From assembly GCA_041497675.1 (NCBI GenBank), contig JBGQGY010000002.1, positions 18,392 to 82,391 of the forward strand: DNA of 64,000 bases, written 5' to 3'. Under the pieces are notes generated by a model, which was given only the letters and a program-made list of their open reading frames with translations, was not told the origin of the DNA and searched no databases. The stretch's first letter is position 1, and the number at the start of each line of letters is the position of its first letter. A program made the position numbers and the translations under genes. Shown piece after piece: positions 56,859-64,000 of the stretch. The stretch comes from a bacterium. Its GTDB lineage: Bacteria > Sysuimicrobiota > Sysuimicrobiia > Sysuimicrobiales > Humicultoraceae.

Positions 56859-57748
56859 CCTCTGATGAATGATTCAGGCGGCTTTGGGCCCCACAGGTTC
56901 ACCGCAGCAGATCGTCCGCTTACAGGATCCCAGACACCAGGCCGGTAGGTCTGCTCGTCTGGAATGTGCGCGGCCTCAGCCTGGAGTTCCCACCGGATTC
57001 CCCAAGGATCGACGAAGTACACGAAGATGCTGTGTCCGGGGCCGTGACGGCCCGGGCCGAACTCAACGGAGACGCCGTGCGCCTCGAAATGATTGAGCAT
57101 TCGTAGGACATCGTCCCATGACTCGATCTCGAAGCCAATGTGATGCACTCCTTTGGTCGCCGATTGCACCAGCGCGATGGTCGCGTGCTCGCTGGTGCAC
57201 CGCACCCAGGAAAACTGCCCCGGGATCTGATCGGACAGACGAAAGTCCATAAACTGCTGCCACCATTGCGCACTCGCGCCGGCATCAGCAGCCTTCACGT
57301 TGATGTGCGAGAGCTTGATCAGGTTCGCCGGCGGAGTGCCGGCAGGCCGCGCGACGGGCGCCTGAGACGCGACCAGTTCGCACAGATAGCCGTCGGGATC
57401 CTGCAGGCGCACTGCCGGACCGTGCAGCGGCTCGAACACCGCGGGGCCGTCGATGCTCAGCCCGCGGCGGCGGAGTTCCACCGCGGCGGCGGCCAGTGCG
57501 GACGCATCGGGTACCGTCAATCCGTAGTGATCAAGGCGAGTGGACTCCCCCGGATACAACACGAGTTCATGGTGCGCAACCATCGGGGCCCCGGTGGGCA
57601 GCGTGCTCATCACAATCGCGCCCGTCGCTCGATCGTCCCGGGTGATACCCAGACCGAGGACCCGCGCATAGTAGGCCGCTGTCGCCCGAGGATCCGGGAC
57701 GCGCAGGGTGACGTGATCGAATCCGCTTACCGGCAGTCGCTCGGACAT
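56855..57748 (-). CDS. Two-domain VOC protein, type I extradiol-dioxygenase-like
   Basis: KLSHIN, VHHIGF, GPGRHG..H, VYFVDPWG...WE: candidate 2-His-1-Glu triad; start ATG 57748. Confidence 0.8.
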   Translation of the reverse strand: MSERLPVSGFDHVTLRVPDPRATAAYYARVLGLGITRDDRATGAIVMSTLPTGAPMVAHHELVLYPGESTRLDHYGLTVPDASALAAAAVELRRRGLSIDGPAVFEPLHGPAVRLQDPDGYLCELVASQAPVARPAGTPPANLIKLSHINVKAADAGASAQWWQQFMDFRLSDQIPGQFSWVRCTSEHATIALVQSATKGVHHIGFEIESWDDVLRMLNHFEAHGVSVEFGPGRHGPGHSIFVYFVDPWGIRWELQAEAAHIPDEQTYRPGVWDPVSGRSAAVNLWGPKPPESFIRG

Positions 57749-57786
57749 CGCCACACCTCTCTGTGCCTTCCGTTGACCCGCACGTG

Positions 57787-58692
57787 TCACTGAACCGGGC
57801 CACTTCCGGGACTCACTCTGGAACTGGCTCCGGCGGCGCCGCGCACCCCGCCGTTCTCGGAAGATGCGCTGCCGGCGCCGAGGAGGGCCTTGGTGGCCCG
57901 AAACAGCCAGAACCCATCGGTGCGCAAAACGGGGTATCGCCACAGCCGAGAGAGATCAAGGTCAAGGTACGCGTTCTTTCCCGGACCGCCCAGCGTCACC
58001 GTCGAGTACCGTGCAGCCACGAGCCGCTCCGTCTCCGGCGACCACCAGCCCCAAGGGTACGCAAAGTGTCTCGGCGCAGCGCCCAGCCGTTGTTCGATGA
58101 GTTGGTCGCATTCCTCGAGCTCGCGCATGGCGTCGTCCGCCCCGACCCGCGAGAGGTCGGCATGCGTGGCGGTGTGGCCGCCGAACGTGATGAGACCGGA
58201 GTGCATCATGCTCGCAGCCATCTCCCATGTCATCGGCTTTGGTCGCTGCTCCACAGGGGATTGCCGGAACCCCCCAAAATCAAACGGGCATTGTGTCTCG
58301 ACGTACCTCGCCGGGAGATACACCGTTGCCGGGAGCTCGAACCGCCGCAGGACCGGGTAGGCGAACTCATACGTATCGCGGTACCCGTCATCGAACGTGA
58401 TCGCGACGACGTCGCGGTTCGCATGCCGAGCCGCGCGGCGGGTGGCAATCTGGGCCACTTCATCGAGCGAGACGACCAAGCAGTTCCGCCGCAAGTAACG
58501 CATCTGTCGTTCGAACACGCTCACACCGAGGTCGACATCGCTTCGAGTCCCGCCACCAATCCGGTGGTAGAGCAACACCACCACGCCGGGCCGCCGCTCG
58601 TGTTGCCAGATCCGGAACGGCAGCATGCTCCACCGTACGAGGCTGCGCGCGACGCGCCCTTGCCCACGTATCCAGGCGCCGAGTCCGTCCAT
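57787..58692 (-). CDS. Polysaccharide deacetylase (CE4), copy 2
   Basis: LYHRI, TFDDGYRD, GHTATH, FAYPWG; no signal peptide. Confidence 0.88.
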   Translation of the reverse strand: MDGLGAWIRGQGRVARSLVRWSMLPFRIWQHERRPGVVVLLYHRIGGGTRSDVDLGVSVFERQMRYLRRNCLVVSLDEVAQIATRRAARHANRDVVAITFDDGYRDTYEFAYPVLRRFELPATVYLPARYVETQCPFDFGGFRQSPVEQRPKPMTWEMAASMMHSGLITFGGHTATHADLSRVGADDAMRELEECDQLIEQRLGAAPRHFAYPWGWWSPETERLVAARYSTVTLGGPGKNAYLDLDLSRLWRYPVLRTDGFWLFRATKALLGAGSASSENGGVRGAAGASSRVSPGSGPVQ

Positions 58693-58700
58693 CGTCGTGT

Positions 58701-59744
58701 CTAAAAGACCTCGAGATCGCCGAGGGCGAGACGCCACGATGCGAAGGACGTCGGGTCGAAGCCTAGGTCATCGGCCAGAGGCCTGATGGTAAGGTGCGGA
58801 CCGCCGGGCAGTGGCAGAAATCCTGTTCGAAGGAGGACTCGCCGGTGCGGGGTGTTCCACGCACAGTGGGCGACGGCGTAATCCGCGCGGGTCAGCCCGA
58901 GCAGTTCGCGGACGACGCGTTGCCCGTGGCGCTCATCGGCCATCAACAGCTCGCACACCATCAGTTCCGACAGCCCGCGCCGATGTGTCAGCCGAAAGAT
59001 CACAGCCGCTTGGGGTCGCCCGGCCCCGACCCAATGGGCGCCATACTGCAACGAGGGCACTTGGGCGTACCGCCACCGAAGAAACGTCGTCGATCGCGCG
59101 GTCCGGACACCGTCAGCCAAGTGCACATCGTCACGAGCCAGCAGGTCCGTCACACCGGGCTCGTTCTGTAGCATGTCGTCGACGGAGCGCCACCGGCCGA
59201 GCGTGTCCTGTTCACCGTCGCCGGTTCCGTTCCTGGCCCCGCGCCACCGCGAGCCAAGCACGGACCGGACCATGCGAAAGGCGTGCAGCGGTCGAACGAA
59301 TACCAGCGCCCGCCCCACGTGGGTCCACCCCAGCTTGAGATATCCGGGCATGCTGTACCGGTTTGGCGTGTTGAACACGAGATGCACCCCGGTCGCCCGC
59401 GCGCGTTCAAGACAGGCCGCTGTCAGGTTGGAGAAGATTCCCATTCGCTGGTATTGCGGGTGTGTCGCGGTGTCCACGGCTCGGACACCAAGAACCGTCT
59501 GCCCCCGCGCGCGAAACTGCCAGCGCAGGAAGGCGCGCAACCCCACGATCCGGTCATCGTCGGCCAGCAGCATCAGGGATTGGCCAAACGGGTTGTCTCG
59601 ATGCTTCCAACGGAAGAACGCCGTCGAGCGCTCGAACGCCCGCCCGCTGCCCAACGTGAGATTGAGCAATCCCAGGACCGGCGCCTCGTCTGCGGGCTCG
59701 TATTCACGGATGGTAAAACGCGGTTTGACCGTCGCCACCGTCAC
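58701..59744 (-). CDS. GNAT family acyltransferase
   Basis: WKH..NPFG, DTATHPQYQRMGIF, FNTPN..S.PGYLKLGW. Confidence 0.85.
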   Translation of the reverse strand: MTVATVKPRFTIREYEPADEAPVLGLLNLTLGSGRAFERSTAFFRWKHRDNPFGQSLMLLADDDRIVGLRAFLRWQFRARGQTVLGVRAVDTATHPQYQRMGIFSNLTAACLERARATGVHLVFNTPNRYSMPGYLKLGWTHVGRALVFVRPLHAFRMVRSVLGSRWRGARNGTGDGEQDTLGRWRSVDDMLQNEPGVTDLLARDDVHLADGVRTARSTTFLRWRYAQVPSLQYGAHWVGAGRPQAAVIFRLTHRRGLSELMVCELLMADERHGQRVVRELLGLTRADYAVAHCAWNTPHRRVLLRTGFLPLPGGPHLTIRPLADDLGFDPTSFASWRLALGDLEVF

Positions 59745-60871
59745 GCCCGTCCACCCTGCAGCAGCCCTGAGTACAACTGCTCTATCGTGCGAACCATCTG
59801 GGGAACACCGTAACGGGCCTGAGACTTGGCGCGCGCCGCGGCGCCCATGCGCCCCCGAAGGTCGGGCGAGGCCAGCAGCCTACCGATTCCGTCGGCAAGC
59901 GCCCCTGCATCCTGAGAAGGCACCAGCACGCTGCTGGTCTCGTCGGTCGCTTCGGGCACACCGCCAACCCGGGTGACGACGCTGGGCTTGCCCAGGGCCA
60001 TCGCCTCAAGCAGCGCGATCGGCAGACCTTCGTGCAGCGACGACAGGACAAACACGTCAGCGGCTGCCACCAGCCGCACCGCGTCGGGTCTGAACCCCGT
60101 GAAGACAAAGCGTCCCTCGAGTCCGTGTCTGCCCGCTTCCGCCTTCAGCGCCTCGGCCAACGGCCCCAGACCGACCAGCAGGAAGCGCGCGGCTGGATAC
60201 TGCGTCAGCACCTGGGCCGCCGCGGCCAGGAGGTACGTGTGCCCCTTCTTCGGCGTCATGTTGCCGACGGTTGCCACTACCGGCGCATCGGACGCGAACC
60301 CAAACTCCCGTCGGACGGCGTCGCGCTCCACGGGCATGGCGGCCAGCGCGTCTGCGTCGACGGCATTCTGCACGGTGACGATAGCCGGGCGCCCGTTGGC
60401 GTAGCCTTCCACAGCGCGGCGCACTTCATCAGAGACCGCGACCACCAGTGTGTTCATCCGGTAGGTCCGCTGATTCAGCACGCGCGTAGGGAAGGCGTAC
60501 CGATCGGGGACGTTGTGCTCCGTGTATACGACGTACCGTACGCCGGCCAAGCGCGCGGCGATCCGACCGCAGATGCCCGCGACCGGAAGGTGCGCGTGTA
60601 CCACATCGATCTGCTCACGCCGTAAGAGCGCCACCAATCGCTGGAGCGGACGTGGGTCGACCGGGAACCGCATGCCCAGATTGTGCACCGGGACGCGTGC
60701 CGCCTCGAACGCCGGCACCAGCGCGGCCTTCCACGGCAGCAGATACGCAATCTGATAGTCGAACCGACTCCGGTCCAAGTGAGGCAGCGCCGCTTCGAGC
60801 AGCCGCTCCGCTCCCCCGACGCCGAGTCCCTTGATCAGCATGAGGATCCGTGCGCGCCGCGGCTCAGGCAT
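59741..60871 (-). CDS. GT4 glycosyltransferase
   Basis: GGAE, YTEH, KKGH, SLHEGLPIALLEAM; start ATG 60871. Confidence 0.92.
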   Translation of the reverse strand: MPEPRRARILMLIKGLGVGGAERLLEAALPHLDRSRFDYQIAYLLPWKAALVPAFEAARVPVHNLGMRFPVDPRPLQRLVALLRREQIDVVHAHLPVAGICGRIAARLAGVRYVVYTEHNVPDRYAFPTRVLNQRTYRMNTLVVAVSDEVRRAVEGYANGRPAIVTVQNAVDADALAAMPVERDAVRREFGFASDAPVVATVGNMTPKKGHTYLLAAAAQVLTQYPAARFLLVGLGPLAEALKAEAGRHGLEGRFVFTGFRPDAVRLVAAADVFVLSSLHEGLPIALLEAMALGKPSVVTRVGGVPEATDETSSVLVPSQDAGALADGIGRLLASPDLRGRMGAAARAKSQARYGVPQMVRTIEQLYSGLLQGGRA

Positions 60872-62021
60872 GGGGTCTCTGACCGTTGCGCAGCCCGGCG
60901 TACGCGTCCGCATACTGCACCGCGACTCGGCTGATCTCATACGCCTGGCACGCCGTTCGCGCGGCGGCACCCATCGAGTCGCGCAGCGCACGATCCTCAG
61001 CCAACCGGGTCACGGCCGCCCGAAAGCCCGGCTCGTCACCAGCGGCGACCAGGAGGCCCGTGCGCTCGTGATAGACCACTTCGTCGATCCCGCCGACGCT
61101 GTACGCCACAACCGGCAGCCCGGACAACCCGGCCTCGATGACCGCCGCCGGCATGCCCTCGGTCAAACTCGGCAAGACCAAAAGGTCGGCGCCGGCCAGA
61201 AGCTCAGCCACGTCACTGCGCGCGCCGGCCACCCACGTGAACGTCTGCAGTCCGGCGTGGTCGATCATTGCCCGGATGGCGTTACGCTCCGGGCCGTCCC
61301 CGACCAACCACAAACGAACGCGCTTCCCCGCATCGCGCATCGCAGCCACGGTCCGGACGAGCACTGCGTGGTTCTTCTCCGCGGATAGGCTGCCGACGTG
61401 GATCAGCACGACGTCACCGGGAAGCACACCCGCCTGCGCACGCACACCGGCGCGTGTCAGCGCGGATCGAGAGAGGAACGGTTGGGAATCGACGCCGTTG
61501 GGAATCACCCTCACCCGATGCGCGGGTATACCCATCTGCTCGCGGAGTTCTTCCGCGGCTCGACGGCACACCGCGACGACGAGGTCGGCCTGCCCAAACA
61601 GCCATCGGTACGTGGTCATGCGCAACACGTCCCGTCGCCAGTACGATGGCATCCCGATCGTGCGGTAGACGAGCGGCCAGCGGCCGCGGCTCAACGCTCG
61701 TGTGATGGCGAGGTATTTCAGGGTTGCCGAGCCGTTGGCCTGAACAACAGGATAACCCGCCGCCGCAATGCGACGACCGAGGGCACGTACCACTGCCCAC
61801 GATAGGGGACCAACGGGGCGACGCGAACCGAGGGCCCCACCCCACACGCCGGCCTCCGTCGCCTGACCCATGAACGCTTCGTCTCCGGGGAAGAGGCTCA
61901 CGACGGTTGCCGGGCAGGTCATGCGACGCAGCGCGACTGAAAGTTGTACGGCGAATACCTCTGCCCCTCGGCGTTGGGGAGCCTGAATGACTTGGAGGAC
62001 TCCGGCGTTGTCAGACATCAT
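60864..62021 (-). CDS. GT4 glycosyltransferase
   Basis: RGAE, IPNGVD, EKN, SLTEGMPAAVIEA. Confidence 0.92.
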   Translation of the reverse strand: MMSDNAGVLQVIQAPQRRGAEVFAVQLSVALRRMTCPATVVSLFPGDEAFMGQATEAGVWGGALGSRRPVGPLSWAVVRALGRRIAAAGYPVVQANGSATLKYLAITRALSRGRWPLVYRTIGMPSYWRRDVLRMTTYRWLFGQADLVVAVCRRAAEELREQMGIPAHRVRVIPNGVDSQPFLSRSALTRAGVRAQAGVLPGDVVLIHVGSLSAEKNHAVLVRTVAAMRDAGKRVRLWLVGDGPERNAIRAMIDHAGLQTFTWVAGARSDVAELLAGADLLVLPSLTEGMPAAVIEAGLSGLPVVAYSVGGIDEVVYHERTGLLVAAGDEPGFRAAVTRLAEDRALRDSMGAAARTACQAYEISRVAVQYADAYAGLRNGQRPHA

Positions 62022-62052
62022 TTACGGAAGGGTTGGAACTGACCAGCGTGCA

Positions 62053-62086
62053 GAGAGGAGGATCGGCCCTAGGCCGTCCTCCTCTC
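62053..62086. other. Strong intergenic RNA hairpin without a U-tract
   Basis: GAGAGGAGGA-T-CGGCC-CTA-GGCCG-TCCTCCTCTC: 15-bp stem, one bulge, 3-nt loop. Confidence 0.6.
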
Positions 62087-62147
62087 GCAACTTACCTGGC
62101 GCTGTCTGTGCCCGTGTGCCCTATGCGCCGCCCGGACGAATCTCGCT

Positions 62148-64000
62148 CTACCGCGGTTGCGGTTCCGGTCTTAGAATGGCACCGGCATGCGCGTTCTGCC
62201 CGGACAAGATCGTCAAGGGTCGGGAGTCGCTAATGAACCCTGCAGCGGTCACGGTGCGGACATAGCTCCCCGCCGGAACGGCCGGGCTCTGAACAAACCC
62301 GGTGGCGTCGGTGATTCCAGTCCAGACCGAACCAAGCTGGACGCGCGCTCCCACGACTGGTACGAGCCGGCCGTTGACGTACGTCATGAAACGGCCGCTG
62401 TATGTCCCGGACCCTGTAGGTACGGGCGCCACCGTCGGGGGTGCCGTGGGTCCAGGTACCGGCGCTGAAACTGGTGCCGGCGCTGCCGTCGGGGTCGCCG
62501 TCGGACGTGCCGTAGCGGTCGCGGTCGGCGCTGCCGTCGGGGTCGCCGTCGGACGTGCCGTAGCGGTCGCGGTCGGCGCTGCCGTCGGGGTCGCCGTCGG
62601 GGTCGCAGTAGGTGTCGGTGCCGGCGCCGGCGCCGTAGCGTTCCGTTGGAGCTGGATCACTTGCGTAAAAGCGTTGTTCCCGTTCGCATCGGTCACTTCC
62701 GCATACAAGTGCGCCCAGCGCCTTGTCCAACCGGCGCTCGACCAGCTGAACGTGTACGGCGCGGTCGTCCGCGTCCCCACCACTCGCTCGTCGACGTAGA
62801 AGGTGACTTGGGTGATCGCGGCCGCAGCCGGTACGACGTTGACCTGCACGTTGACCGTGCCGGTGATCGGGGCGCCGTCTGCCACGCCCATCAGAGTCGC
62901 CTGCGGCGGGCCGGGGCGAATCATCAGGGGTCCGGGCAGCGGATCCAGCCACGAATCGGTCCCAGAGTTGTAGGCCGCATCCGTATCCGGCCGCGGCCGG
63001 TCCCGCCGCGTCAGCCGGAAGTTCGCCGGCAGCGACGTGGTCCCTGAGTAGTTGTTTACCACGAACCACGCGTTGGAGTTTCGTTGCCACCCGAAGTCGA
63101 ACGGCCGCGCCGCGCTGAACCGATTGTCCGTGAACTGGATGTACGTCGGTGCGCAATAGAAGTTCTGTGGATCGCTATCCGACCCATTGGTGCACGCGCT
63201 ATGGTCCTGCGAGACATCGACCTGATGCCCTGTAAACGTGTTTCGGGAAATCAGGGAGGGCAGGGTCGGGTCCGGCACAATGAAGTATCCCGCCAGGAAC
63301 AGCGCGATCGTCGAGGAGCCCGGCGTCGCCGTTAACTCGCTGTCCACCAGATAGGTCGAGATGATCGACGAGCTGAAGTTGGCATCGCCGTTCTGGTACA
63401 ACCGCGCCCGGTGGAACCGCAGACCGTTCCCATAGGCCCCGATCTTGAGCCCCACGTTGTTCCGCCACGCGCGCAGGTCTACCACGCTCGTCGGACCGTC
63501 ATTGTTCGTCCACGTAAACATGCCCGTCCCGCTGTTCGAATGCGCTTCGTTGTGCACCATCCGCAACAGGGCAAAGCCCGCCTGCGACCGGATCCGCTCC
63601 GCGATGTGATATCCGGAATCATCCCATCCCATCGCCCATGACCCCGACGCCACGTTCCCGATCAGTGTGCTGTTGAACGAGTGGATCCAGAACCCGGACG
63701 CCCGGATCCGGCTGTCCGCCGGGCTCCGCAGCGCGCCTTCCCGATAGACCACCCGCGCCGACAGATTCCCGATGAGCACGTTGTCGACCGAGATCATCGT
63801 CAGCGAGTCTTGGTCCACCGGTTCCCCAATGAAGTACCCCACGCCCGTCGTCCGGTAGCCCACCGTGTCTTCCACCGTGATCCCGTTCGACGCATGGATA
63901 TTCATGAAGTTGTTGTCGGACCGCCAGATCGATGCGCCCCGCACGGACATCCCCCGGGACGTATCCGCCATCAAGTGGAAGTGCACCGGGTACCGGCCCA
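62148..64000 (-). CDS. 5'-truncated large protein: TMEM2/CEMIP (G8-associated)-like beta-helix, Ig-like domain, Pro/Thr/Ala linker and carboxypeptidase-regulatory-like tail
   Basis: The frame stays open to the window edge (GRYPVHFHL...IHASNGITVEDTVGY); Asn-rich beta-helix repeats; VTFYVD...APYTFSW Ig-like motif. Confidence 0.7.
   Translation of the reverse strand, partial: GRYPVHFHLMADTSRGMSVRGASIWRSDNNFMNIHASNGITVEDTVGYRTTGVGYFIGEPVDQDSLTMISVDNVLIGNLSARVVYREGALRSPADSRIRASGFWIHSFNSTLIGNVASGSWAMGWDDSGYHIAERIRSQAGFALLRMVHNEAHSNSGTGMFTWTNNDGPTSVVDLRAWRNNVGLKIGAYGNGLRFHRARLYQNGDANFSSSIISTYLVDSELTATPGSSTIALFLAGYFIVPDPTLPSLISRNTFTGHQVDVSQDHSACTNGSDSDPQNFYCAPTYIQFTDNRFSAARPFDFGWQRNSNAWFVVNNYSGTTSLPANFRLTRRDRPRPDTDAAYNSGTDSWLDPLPGPLMIRPGPPQATLMGVADGAPITGTVNVQVNVVPAAAAITQVTFYVDERVVGTRTTAPYTFSWSSAGWTRRWAHLYAEVTDANGNNAFTQVIQLQRNATAPAPAPTPTATPTATPTAAPTATATARPTATPTAAPTATATARPTATPTAAPAPVSAPVPGPTAPPTVAPVPTGSGTYSGRFMTYVNGRLVPVVGARVQLGSVWTGITDATGFVQSPAVPAGSYVRTVTAAGFISDSRPLTILSGQNAHAGAILRPEPQPR
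62479..62600. repeat. 48-bp tandem repeat (about 2.5 exact copies) encoding a PTATPTAAPTATATAR linker
   Basis: GGCGCTGCCGTCGGGGTCGCCGTCGGACGTGCCGTAGCGGTCGCGGTC at 62479 and 62527, partial copy at 62575. Confidence 0.9.

Noticed and set aside
62479..62600. CRISPR-like repeats
   Set aside because: Contiguous in-frame tandem units with no spacers, encoding a protein linker; no cas genes.

Overview
GC-rich bacterial chromosomal window, almost entirely coded on the minus strand. (1) 1-7.6 kb: a heat-shock operon hspR-hsp20-dnaK-grpE-dnaJ(class B)-clpB with a HAIR-like operator, followed by the 5' end of a membrane/spermidine-synthase-type gene. (2) 7.6-13.7 kb: a GAF/HisKA_3-type kinase with two near-duplicate NarL-type regulators, a methyltransferase and two plus-strand secreted proteins. 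(3) 13.7-64 kb: a ~50-kb, tightly coupled Wzx/Wzy-type surface-glycan locus. It holds four GT4s, a GT2, four GT-C-like membrane proteins, a PglC/PglE/PglF-like initiation set, two Wzx flippases, four GNATs, two deacetylases and two CapK/PaaK-like ligases. Three natural-product-style modules are embedded in it. (a) A complete proline-to-(halo)pyrrolyl-S-PCP set: an A-domain with hand-read code DLLYIALVCK, a PCP, a prolyl-PCP dehydrogenase and a flavin halogenase, plus an atypical alpha/beta-hydrolase pair and its own flippase. (b) A carbamoyltransferase/SxtJ-like/two-SGNH set with a 59-aa membrane peptide, absent from the ORF track, that ends in a DltX-like FIYxxF motif. (c) A VOC dioxygenase/thiolase-DUF35/CoA-transferase/MaoC cassette. 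The best candidate for an undescribed system is a cell-surface glycan decorated with halogenated pyrrole-2-carboxyl and carbamoyl groups. All functional calls come from motif reading only; no database searches were run. No rRNA, tRNA, CRISPR array or mobile element was seen.
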